Shown here piece after piece: positions 49,435 through 61,441 of a stretch of DNA of 64,000 nt. Each line of letters starts with the position of its first letter. The stretch's first letter is position 1. The DNA is from the human T2T-CHM13v2.0 reference genome, Homo sapiens. A program made the position numbers and the translations under genes. Below the pieces are notes generated by a model. It saw only the letters and a list, made by a program, of their open reading frames with translations, was not told the DNA's origin and did not search any database. The stretch is taken from NCBI RefSeq assembly GCF_009914755.1, contig NC_060939.1, one strand, 5' to 3'.

Positions 49435-49995
49435 CACGTCCTATATTCCCAAACTTTTCTCTGAATTTCCCTTTCGACTTCTCACTGTCACTGAAACTGG
49501 AGTCCCCCTGAGAGCTGCTTTCCCTGCAGCCCTCTCAAGTGGTAGCGGGCAGTGAAGAGGGCATCTTCCTTGGTCCTCACTTCCTCTTCAGACTTTTCTC
49601 CCTCTGTGTTTCCCTTCCAGCCCTAAAACCTCCAACTTTGAATCGCTTGACATCAGATTATATAAAGAACATCTGCTCCTTGTTTCAGTTATTCTTGACT
49701 CCTGTGTGCTCCCTTAATATTTTCCCTCCAGCTTGTGTCCGGCCCTCCACACAACTCTTACTCATTGATTTTTTTTTCCTACACATGTAAAGACATTCTC
49801 CACACTCAGAATTCAATTCCTTGAGCTTTTTCCCTCACTGGTTTTGTTCTTCACTCTACCTCAGCCTCTACTTTTAGGCTCATAATATTGACCCCATCAC
49901 TACCAAGAGCCATAGCCCATCCACAGTCATAGTTCTATGCACCACCACTTCCTTTCTTTCCCAATAGTTATTTCAGGTGGCTAAACTCCAATTAA

Positions 49996-50289
<294 letters not shown>

Positions 50290-51764
50290 ATCCAATAAAA
50301 TCTTGACAACACCTTTGCACTTTCTCTTCCCAGTGGTCTCTTCCCTTCTTCCCAGTTTAAATTCCATTGTCCTTCATTATAATCACTCCTTAAATATACC
50401 CTCATTTCCCTCGCTTATCTTGACCTTCACAGCATACAACTGGCAAAACCAGAACCCTAATTAAACCCAGCTCTCAGCCTACTTCCTGCTTGCATCCTGG
50501 CTGTAGAACACGGCCGTAGAATGACTTACAAATGTACTGTCCTGCATCATTTTATGTAGTCAGGAGACTACATTGGGCTCTTGCTTATATCCAGGAATCT
50601 CATGCCAAATCCTCGATCCCATCACTCACTCTCCAGGAGAACACTTTCATACTTTTTCCCTTTTCTTCCAACTTCTAACATCTTTTCCCTAACTCTTCCT
50701 TTCAGTTTATAATTAAACAATCATTAGAGAACTTCTTCACCATTGTATTTGTTCACTCTTTAACATTTGTACTTGACCTCCCACCTCTTACAGCAAATTC
50801 ATATAAGTTTAAATAATTTAAAATTGAATAATAAATAGCAGCAAAATTATTTGAAGGATTTGCCTGTACTCGGTGTCTAATTCCTCTCCTCCAATTACTT
50901 GTTAAGTGTCTTAAATTCAGCGATGTATATGCTCTTGCCAGTCCACCAAAATCATATTTGTCAAGGTTGTCAATTACCTTTACATTATTCAAACCAATGG
51001 TCAATTCTCAGCCAATTTTACTTGACTTGTCATCAGCATTTAGGGCAGTTGATCATTCCCTTCTAATTCAAACACATTTTTTCCCCTTTCACTTTGCTTC
51101 CAAGACACTATGCTTTCTTGATTTTCTTCCCATTACACTGGCCATTTCTCAGCAGCCTTGGCTAATACCTCCCCTTTTCTCCAGTCTCTTAATTTCAGGA
51201 TGATATTCCAGGGCTCCAATCTTGCTCCTCTTTCTTATCTACCCTCACTCCCTTGGTGCTCCATACAGTCTCTTTACTTTAAACATCATGCACATGTCAA
51301 GGACTCTGAAGCTTATATTTCCAGTGTGAGCCTCTCTCTTAGACTTGAGACTCCTGTGGCCACCTTTCCATGTCTCCGTTAAGATATCCAAGACAAACCT
51401 CAAACCTAACATGTACTCCCCATCTTCTCTCACCCTAATCTCCTGCTGCATCCCAATCTCCTCATCTCAGTTAGCCCTCTTTAGGCCGAAGTCCTTGCAG
51501 CCCTCTTTGATTATTTCCTTTCTCTCATATCCCATATCCACGCTATTATTCAAACATGTCCTGCAAATTTCCACATCAGAGTAATGACTCTTCTGGTTCA
51601 CTCTGCTTAGAAAGCATAGAAGTGCTCCTCTACTGCAAAACGTCACCTTCTTAGTGATCTCCCCCTTATAAACTGAATGGCATCCCTTCTAACACTCACT
51701 ATATCCTTCTCTGCTCTACTTTTCTCTCCATTTATTTATCAAGCATGTATAAAGAATACATTCT

Positions 51765-51960
51765 TATAAATGAGATTACAGTGTTAACTCATTTAAGTTT
51801 CATAACAATGCTATGAGATTATTGTCACCCCTACTCTACAGAGAAGACAATAAAGGCACAGAGAGGTTAAAATCTGCCCAAGGTCACGCAGTTGGCAGGA
51901 GACAGAGCTGACATTAAATCAAAGAGTCTGGCTCCAGAGTCTACACCCAGCTGCTATACC
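51765..51960 (-). mobile_element. MIR
   Basis: aggcacagagaggttaaaatctgcccaaggtcacgcag...gtctggctccagagtc. Confidence 0.8.
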
Positions 51961-51966
51961 AGCCTA

Positions 51967-52330
<364 letters not shown>

Positions 52331-52334
52331 ATAC

Positions 52335-52384
<50 letters not shown>

Positions 52385-52392
52385 ATATATAT
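52331..52392. repeat. (TA)n(TG)n(TA)n microsatellite at the Alu tail
   Basis: About 17 uninterrupted TG units flanked by TA. Confidence 0.97.
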
Positions 52393-52454
52393 AACTATTA
52401 TACATTATATAACCATTACATATACAATTAGATGGCTCTCTGCTGGTGTAGTTA

Positions 52455-52612
52455 CCCATTCATTCATGGAAGAGATATTTACTAAGCTGACACTAGGTAC
52501 TAGATGCTGTTCTGAGTTCTAGAAGTACAGCAGTGACAAAAACATTAAAACATTCCTGCCCTAATGGAGCTAACATTCTACAGGAGGGAGAGAGACAATG
52601 AACAAATGAATG
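52455..52612 (-). mobile_element. L2 3' tail
   Basis: cattcattcat...tacagcagtgacaaaaac...cctgccctaatggagctaacattcta. Confidence 0.8.
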
Positions 52613-52615
52613 GAG

Positions 52616-52838
52616 ATATATATATATATATAAAAATATTTTTATAAATGTACATATTATATAAATTACATTTTATATAATATATAAAATATATAAATAT
52701 AAAACTATAAAATATATTTTTATAAAATATAAATAGGCATTATATCTATAACATACATATACATATTAATATATATGAATATAAAATTACATAACATTTA
52801 TTTTTATAAAATAAATTTATATTTTATGTTTATATTTA
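52616..52838. repeat. AT-rich low-complexity tract
   Basis: Degenerate (TA)n, almost no G/C. Confidence 0.9.
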
Positions 52839-52975
52839 TCTCTCTCTTCCTCTAGAATATTCTATTAGGGCAGGAATCCTTTAATGTTTTTGTCAACGCT
52901 TTATTTCCAGAACCCAGAACAGCCTCTAGTATCTACTGTCAGCTGAATAAATATTTCTTTTATGAATAAATGGGT
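52838..52975 (+). mobile_element. L2 3' end (probably the terminus of the 49240-51745 L2)
   Basis: agggcaggaatc...ccagaacccagaacagcctct...aataaatatttcttttatgaataaatg. Confidence 0.7.
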
Positions 52976-53309
52976 GATTACACTAGCAGAGAGCAATGTA
53001 ATTCCAAAGCGAACAGAACATTCACTCAGGAGACCTATGTAGCACAGGGCATTCTGAGAAAATGGGCTGCCATTAGAGTTTTCTAATTGACTTTATTATT
53101 AAAACTCTTTTAAAAAAATTGGGAACAACGTGCATGTCAGTAAGTGGCCAATATATCATGTATTCAATCTAATGGTTGCTGAAGGTTTTAGCAAAAGTGT
53201 AAGTTTCAGTTCCCTAGGAGTAGGACATCAGAGTTAGAAATCAGATGAGAGGCTGGATGGGAATAGGAAAAGGTAGGAGAATCCTTAACGGAAATAAGGG
53301 TAGTTAGTG

Positions 53310-53980
53310 GCAAGCCTGATGAGTCAGATTGTTTGGCACTGCCAGTGAGAAGCAGAGTGACTTCTCAAACCAATCATTCACCCTCTCCAATTCTTACTTT
53401 CTTTGTCTGAAACATGAATGTAATAGTACCTATCACATAGATTTGAAGAAAGTGTTAATTTAGTGGATGGGATAAAGCTATCAGAACAGTACCTGGGAAG
53501 TCACAAATACTCAACAAATCAGAGCAATTAATATTCATCACACACCTGGTACTCCAGTGAGGTAGATACTATTATCCCCTTTCTTCAAGTGAGAGAACTG
53601 AACCTCAGAGAACTCAGGTAATTTGCTCACTTGACCTGTGAGTGACAGAGCTGGAATTCACATCTCAGTTGACCCAACTCCTCATCTACCATATTACACA
53701 CTTGTCCCTTGGTGTACATTCTGGAATAGAATCTTAACAATATTAATAATGCAATCTCTCATGTGTTTGGAAATTACATGTGCTAAGGCTTGTTCTGAAG
53801 GCTTTACATGTATTACCTCATTTAAACTTCACAGCAACTTCACAGTGAAGTAGACCCTAACATCACCCCACTTTTACAAATGGGGAAACATAGGCACAGA
53901 GACAGCAACGCACGGCCAAAGTTACATAGCTAACATGGGGCAAAGTCGGGGTGGAACACAGGCAGTGTATCGCCAAACCC
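53310..53980. mobile_element. Cluster of three MIR fragments (+, -, -)
   Basis: aatagtacctatcacatag; aggtagatactattatcccc...gaacctcagagaa; ttttacaaatggggaaacataggcacagag. Confidence 0.65.
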
Positions 53981-54570
53981 TCACCCCATAGCCCAAGGAA
54001 CTACCGGAAGGTAACTCCTCGATAAAGAATAATGATTCCAACTTCAAGTTTTCCTGCTCCTAAAGTTTAGCAATAACTAAACCTTGATTTTCCCATTTTT
54101 GAATCCAATTGTCAATATAGACTCAACTCCATAATTAGCAGTAATAATAGTAATAACATCTTGTCCTGTGCTGAAAAATCTGACACTGACTAAAGCAGCA
54201 AATCTAAATAATTGATATTAATTACATGAGGTTTTTAGGAATAATCTGCCTGAAACAACTCTGCAATGAGAGGATTAAAAGGCAGAGATAATTCTCAGTG
54301 GCTGCTGGAAAGGCATTCTGCAGAGGCATGGCTGACACCAGCCTGTCAGCTCTGAGGTGAAGCATGCCTTGTCTTCAATTGCTTAGCTTTTTACATTTTG
54401 TAACTCAGATAGTCAGACCATTCCTTCGTCAGTTTATGACATATTTAGCCCCCAGGTCCCCCTTCATATTTCTAAACTATGGTCCCTTCATAACCTAAAT
54501 ATTTCTGCTTTATCCTCCTGTAGCTGACATTAGTTTTATAATTACAGAAATATGGACCATAAGTTCCTCA

Positions 54571-54955
54571 TAGAATTAGCTTCCTAGGGCTACTTTTGAA
54601 AAGCACTACAGACTGGGTGGCTTAAAACAACATAAATTTATTTTCTTACCATTTTGGAGGCCTCTCACAACTCCTGGTCTTTTGTTTTGGTTTGGTTCTT
54701 CCCTGAGGCCCTTTTCCTTGGCTGGTAGATGGCTGTCTTCTTTGGATGTCTTAACAGGGTCTTCCTTTCCTAACCTCCTCCCTCTTATAAAGACACCAGG
54801 ATTGGAGCCCACCTCATGAGTTAAACTAATGACCTCAGTTTAACTTGGTTATCTTTTTAAAGACTCTATCTCCAAATATAACCACTTGATGAGGCACTGG
54901 AGGTTAGGACTTCAGCATAGAAATATGGAGTAGATACACAGTTTGGCCTGTAACA
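54571..54955 (-). mobile_element. MaLR solo LTR (MLT1A-like)
   Basis: cagactgggtggcttaaaacaaca...ctatctccaaatata...ggttaggacttcagcata...cctgtaaca. Confidence 0.85.
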
Positions 54956-55169
54956 CTGGTAGATTTTATTGTCCTGAAACAAATTTTGTCCTGTCACCTC
55001 CACTTTAGCATCCCTTCTCCCATTCAGGGAAGCCTTTAGTAAGGCAGTGGGAACATTTGACCTATCATTCAGCCATCCTAATTTCTGTTCCCACAAAGGT
55101 TGAAGCATTAGGCCACAGATCTCCCCATCCATTTTCTGCAATATAATTTTTAGGAAGAAAGAGAAAAGA

Positions 55170-55374
55170 ACTCACATTAACTGAGAACCTATTAAGCCTA
55201 GGAGCAGTGCAAGATTTTATCTATGAATATTATAGTTCATTTAAACTCTCAACAACCTTAGGAAATGGGTATCATCTCAGTTTTAGAGACAAAAAGAACA
55301 GCCTCAGAGAATTTAATAACCTGGTAAAAAAAATTCCCATAATTAATGATGACAGAACTAAGAGGTTTGGATTC
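55170..55374 (-). mobile_element. MIR
   Basis: cattaactgagaacctattaagccta...gcctcagagaatttaataacctg. Confidence 0.6.
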
Positions 55375-55508
55375 AAGAAAAAAAAAAAGAAAGAAAGAAA
55401 AGGAAAGAGGGAAGGGAAGGGGAAGGAGAGAAAGAGAAAGAAAGAAAGAGAAAGAAAAAGAGAAAGCGACAGAAAGAGAGAGAAAAAGAAAAGAAAAGAA
55501 AAGAAAAG
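55375..55508. repeat. (GAAA)n / polypurine tract
   Basis: ~130 nt almost pure A/G. Confidence 0.95.
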
Positions 55509-57184
55509 TGAGCAATGTGAGGGTTGAGGGTATAGGAGTAAGGGGGTGAGAGAGTGACTGAATTATGTTAAAAACCTATGGGACAACAGATCACAGCAGA
55601 AAAGTTTAAATTCCCATTTATCCCTAAATGAGCCATTTTATAGCACAATAAAAGATAGCAGCATGTGATACAATCTAATACCACCCGTTTGTTTAATCAT
55701 GATATCTTTACAGCACCCCCAGACACCCATCGTGTGGGTCCCAAGACACTTCACAAGTCGAATTGCAGGCCTTACTTTCACCTCACACTTCCATGCAGCC
55801 ATCTGTGAGGAGAGATGAGCTCCCAATTCCCTGGGTCCGAGATGCAGTACTTACATGCCTGCATTGCAGCATTAACACTTTGAACCAATTAATTATGCTT
55901 AAAGATAAAGAGAGAGCCATAAGAACCCACTAGGAAGAAGGAACTGGCAGGAGTAGAATAGCAATCATCAAGCATTCCTGTGGTACAAAAGGGATTGGGG
56001 GAAGTTCTATATCTGAGATCATCACTCTGCTAGCCTTCGGCAGATACAATTGGCAGAAGGCAGCTCATTGTGTTTGCCAGCAGGCATGAGAATTATGGAA
56101 AAGGTCATTGTTAGGGATTTCAATAAGTAAGCTGATTCTGGGATTCTCTGGGTATAGAAGCATCCCTGGTAAGAAAATACTGACCTAGCTGGTCCCCAGG
56201 TTTTTTGCTAATTTCAGGACAACTAGTCCTCTACATCCCAATGGATCCAATTTTTTCAAAAGCCTCTGCATTTTACCTGCTTGGCAGAGATGGTAATGTG
56301 GATAGAAGATAGGTACCTGAGTATGAATGATAGATTAATGGACAGTTTTAGCAATTTCTAAGAGCAAAGGTTAGTTAAATATCCTTTCCTAACATTAAGT
56401 TGAGCTCATATTAAGGGTCAACATTAAAAGGCCCCACAGGGTTTATAAATAGAACAGATGGGCCAAAGATTATATCATAATAGGAGATAGATGTGGGTCC
56501 TGGAGGCAGTCTATAAAGATGGGGTACCCATTCCAGAGAACAGCACCTGTCTGCCAACCCAACTCCCACCCCTACCCCCAAAGAAAGAAAAGAGCTCCAC
56601 CCTTCTTAAGGATTGAGCCCCAACCAAGACCTTGGTTGCTTTGGCTCTGTTTATTATTTCTTTTTTGAGTGAAGAAAAAAATGACAGAGAATAGCATTTG
56701 AAGTCACAATCTCTGAGAACATAAACTGGGACATGTTTTGGCTTGCCCTAACTTTAAAACCATTTTTATATATGAACATAAAAATAGACATTTTTGGAGT
56801 CTCCTTCAGATAATTACTTGGTAACCTCCACTTTTGGATTCTGGCGGATCTATTATAATGCTGCTATGAACTTTATTTCATACCACACCAGGGAGGGGGA
56901 GAGAGATACTGAGAAGTCGGAGTACTCAGATATTACATGGAATAACAGGGTCATAAAAATCAATGTAAAATTTAATGCAAAAGGGCTGTGGGCACCCAAC
57001 CATTCAAGTTAGGAGATAAGGCAGATAGAAAGTAGGGTTGAGCTTCCAGAAAGTAGTATAGTATATTTTCCCTAACTCTATTGAAAAGTATACAATAATA
57101 CTTCCGTTTGCCAATCCAACTGTGAGTTAAACATGTTTTCAGCCATGTTTTGGAACCTATTTCCTATTTGGAGAAAATAACCAT

Positions 57185-57400
57185 CATCATAATAAAGCAA
57201 AAATAGCACTTATTGAACTTGTTCTATGTGGTAGGCATTGTGCCAGGCAGTTATATTATCAGTAAATTCTCATAACAATCCTGAATATTTTCACTGTTCC
57301 GTTTGCATATATGACAGCTGATAGAGGTAAGATCCTAGCCCATGTCACACATTAGATTCATGGTTATTTGGCTCCAAAAGCCATGATCTTTCCCAACCAC
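57185..57400 (-). mobile_element. MIR
   Basis: aatagcacttattgaacttgttctatgtggtaggcattgtgc...aattctcataacaatcctg. Confidence 0.7.
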
Positions 57401-57689
57401 ATATCCATATCCAACCTTCACATTCAGGGCACTGTTGTGGGCACTTCTATTCACTGATTTAGTGAATCCTATGCAAAGGAATTATGGTTTCCTCTTTAAA
57501 ATTCTGGACTAAAATTTACAATATTAGCTGTTTTATCAACTTCAGAGGTTTCTGTGAAGTGGCTCACTTCAAGACCTAGGCTCCTCTGCATTTGAGAGTC
57601 ACAAAGTGATACCAAAATAAAAACAGATCAATTACTTTGAAAAATTGGTGAATTCTTGATTATTTAATGGAGTCTAGAGTAGTAATTGA

Positions 57690-57932
57690 TTGGGCAAACT
57701 CCAGAGGTACATCATCTGGCTTTACAGCCGTATTTTACCATTTCCTAGATTAGTCACCTTGAATAAATTTCTTAATTTCCATGCATCACTTTTTTTAATT
57801 GCTCTCTTTCTTCAAGAGTACCAACCTGGGTAAGATGGTTGTGAGAATTATATGAGACAATGCATGCTTTAAATAGTCCATGATGCATAGTAGGTTCTCA
57901 AAATTTACTATTCTTATTATCATTATTATCAT
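57690..57932 (+). mobile_element. MIR
   Basis: gtcaccttgaataaatttcttaat...ggttgtgagaattatatgagacaatgcatg...catagtaggttctcaaaa. Confidence 0.7.
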
Positions 57933-58129
57933 TACTTCTCTTCTACCCTAACTCTCCAATTCATTAGATACTTGAAAGATATAACTAGGTGAGCTAAATA
58001 GAGGCTGGCTGTGTAACATATGGCTCTGGGACACAGGCAGCCCTAGAGAGACTTGGTTTGACTGCGGTACTATGTAACAGAGTTTTGTCACCAGTAGTTT
58101 CCTAGACTCTCAAAACTTTCCATGTTAAA

Positions 58130-58332
58130 AAGTAGAAACAGAACACATTGCATTTACAGTCAAGTGATTTTTGACAAGGGTAGCAAGAAGATTCATTGAG
58201 AGACAGAGTCATCTTTTCAACAAACGGTAACTAGAACAACACCACAGACAAAAATTAATTCAAAATGGATCATAGACATATCATAGACATAAGAGCTAAA
58301 ACTATAAAGCTGTTGGAAGAAAATGTATGAGC
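58130..58332 (+). mobile_element. Old L1M ORF2 fragment (host of the next L1)
   Basis: tgatttttgacaaggg...tcttttcaacaaa...aaaattaattcaaaatggatcatagac...aaaactataaagctgttggaagaaaa. Confidence 0.8.
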
Positions 58333-58337
58333 AGACC

Positions 58338-61300
58338 CTGCAAGATGGTTGACTAGATGCAGCCAGGAGGAGCTTCTCCCACCGAGAAAGACCAGACCAT
58401 CAAGTAGATTGTCACACTGTAAGCAGATCTACAGAAAGAATGCATTGTGAGTGGACAGAGGGAGGATACCAACCTCAGTTTGAAAGGAAAGGAAACTAGG
58501 AATCATGCACAGGGTTGCTGAGCACCAGGACTTGTTCCTGGCCTCAAGAGGCTCCTAGGGAAAGATGAGAAACATAGGCAGAGAGTAGCCTACTGTTGCC
58601 ATGGATCTCAAGGATTCTAGCTGTGAGAAACCTCACAATCCCCATGGACATCTGAGTTGACAAGGGGGAACTGCCTGGAAAGTTGGCATAAACAGAACTC
58701 CAGCTTGCATGGAGGCCAGAATGTTTGGCACAAGAATGGCTGCAGTGGAGTTCAGCCATGTGTGCCCATCCCCCAAGGCTTGCCATACTTCTCTAGGAGG
58801 CTTCAGCCTTGGTTAACTGTGGTGCCCGGGCTAAGCAGGGCTGTCTTGCCTGTGGGATGGGGCTAATCTTGTCTTAGAACTCCCCTGTCTGCTGGGCTCT
58901 GGCAATATCTGCTTATAGTACAGCCTCAGCTTGGTAGTAACCACTACCATGGTTTTTTCACTTGCAGACCCTGCCTATCTGTCAGAGTAATGTAGGAAGA
59001 ACCCTACCAGTGTGCAGCCTAGTCACAGCCTTCTCTGCTGGAGTGCCTCTGTCCACAGCCTCCCCTTGCTACCCTGCCATGGTGCACATACTTGGGACCC
59101 TGCCACTACCCACTGGCATGCACAAGTGTGGACTTGCCTCCACCCTACCAGAACGTGCACGAGGACCCCCACCATCCAGCCAGCATGCATGCACACTTGG
59201 ACCCACCAACACCACACCAGAGTGCTTTTTCTGGCAGCCCCAGTTGCAGTGTTGTTGCCAGTGGACTGGAAACACCTGGAGCCCTCCAGCACAGCTGGTG
59301 CTTAATCTTGAGGAGCCAGAGAACAAAGCTGCAGGCCTGGTTTCATCCCCTCAGGGTTAGAACACACAGTCCAGGAGTGCTAAGCTGAGTCTTGGCCTCC
59401 TGCAAGTATCCAGAAATGAAGCCAACTGACTAAACCTTCAAGGACATCAAATAATATAAAAGTGAAAAGCCCCATCCAAAAGACAGCAACTTAAAAGATT
59501 CAAGAAGCATCAGTCCACAAAGATGAGATGAGAAATAACAAGTACAAGAACCCTGGCAACTCTAAAAGCCAGAGTATCTTCTTACCTCCAAAAGAATATA
59601 TTAGCTTTCCATCAATGGTTGTTAGCCATACTGAAATGGTTGAAATAAAAGATACAGAATTCCGAATGTGGATGGCAAGGAAGCTCACTGAAATACAGGA
59701 GAAGGTTGAAACACAATCAAAGAAAAACAGTGAAATGGTCACAGAGCTGAAAAGCAACATATTCATTTTATGGAAAAACAAAGCTGAACTTCTGGAAATG
59801 AAAAATTCACTATAGGAATTTCAGAATGCAACTAGAAGCATTAATAACAGAATAGACTAAGCTGAGGAAAGAATCTCAGAAGTCAAAGGCCACTACTTCA
59901 AATCAATGCAGGCAGAAAAAAATAAAAAAGAACTTTAAAAAACAGACAAAACCTCTGAGAAATGTGAGATTACATAGAGACCACACCTATGACTCACTGG
60001 CATTCCTGGAAGTGTAGGAGACTGAGTAAGCAACTTGGATAACATATTTGAGGATATTGTCCACAAAAATTCAGAGAGCCCCTGTGAGATACTACAAAAG
60101 ATTACCATCCCTAAGACACATAGTCATCAGATTCTTCAAAGTCAATTTGAAAGAAAAAAATCTTAAATGCAGCTAAAGAGAAGAGGCAGGTCAATACAAA
60201 AGGAACCCCATCAGGCTAACAATAGACCTTTCAGCAGAAATCTTACAAGTTGGAAGGGATTGAGGGCCTACATTAAGCATCCTTAAAGAAAAGAAATTCC
60301 AACCAAGAATTCCACATTTAGCTAAACTAAGCTTCATAAGTGAAGGAGAAATAAAAACCTTTTCAGATGAGCAAATGCTAAGGGAATTCACTACCATCAG
60401 ACTTGCCTTACAAGGGGTCCTTAATGGAGTGCTAAACACGGAAATGAAAGATGATTACCTGCCACCACAAAAACACAGTTAAGTATACAGCTCTGTGACT
60501 TTATAAAGCAACTATACAATCAAGTCTACATAAAAATCAGTTAACAACACAATGATAGGATCAAACCCTTACAAATCAATAATAACTTTGAATGTAAACA
60601 GGCTAAATGCCCCACTTAAAAGACATAGAGTGGGAAGTTGGATAAAGAAGCAAGACCAAACTGTATGCTGTCTTCAAGAGACATATGTCACATGCAATGA
60701 CACCCACCAGCTCAGAGTAAAGGAATGGAGAAAGATCTATCAAACAAATGGAAAACAAAAGAGAATAGGAGTTGCTATTCTTATTTCAGACAAAATAGAC
60801 TTTAAACCAAGAATCATCAGGAAGGACAAGGAAGGGCATTACATAATGATAAAGGTTTCAATTCAGAAAGAAGATTTACCTATCCTAAATATGTATGCAC
60901 CCAAGACTGGAGTATAAAGATTCATAAAACAAGGCTTTAGAGACCTATGAAGAGACTTAGATAACCATACAATAATAGTGGGTGACCTCACATCCCACTA
61001 ACAATGTTAGATCATGAGACAGAAAACTAACAAAGATATTCAGGACCAAAACTTGACACTTGACCAAATGAACCTAAGAGATATCTACAGAATAATCCAC
61101 CCAGCAACAACAGAATACATATTATTCTCATCTGCACATGGCACATACTCTAAGATCAACCACATGCTTGGTGGAAAAGCAATTCTTAACTAATTTAAAA
61201 GAAATGAAATCATACCAACAACATTCTCAGACCACAGGACAATAAAAATGTATAGCAATAGCAGATAAACAACTCAAAACCATATAATTGCATGGGAATT

Positions 61301-61441
61301 AAACAACCTGCTTCTGAATGACTTTTGGGTTAAAAAAATGAAATTAAGGCAGAAATAAAAAAAAATTTGAAACTAATTAAAACAAAGATACAACTTTCCA
61401 GAATCCCTGAGACACAGCTAAAGCAGTATTAAGAGGAAAGG
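58338..61441 (+). mobile_element. Older primate L1 (L1PA15/16- or L1PREC2-like) 5' half: 5'UTR, ORF1 and EN part of ORF2, all disrupted
   Basis: caagatggttgactagatgcagccagg 5' end; ORF1-like EFRMWMARKLTEIQEKVETQ (59528-59815); ORF2 start MIGSNP...TLNVN.LNAPLKRHR...CCLQET (60552-60917). Confidence 0.9.

Noticed and set aside
54331-54350. Inverted repeat GCTGACA-n6-TGTCAGC
   Set aside because: 7-bp arms are expected by chance in 64 kb
55207-55549. K/E/R-rich and F/S/L-rich ORFs
   Set aside because: Translations of the (GAAA)n tract
58544-59388. Multiple overlapping ORFs in a GC-richer block
   Set aside because: They lie inside an L1 5'UTR, where low stop-codon density explains them
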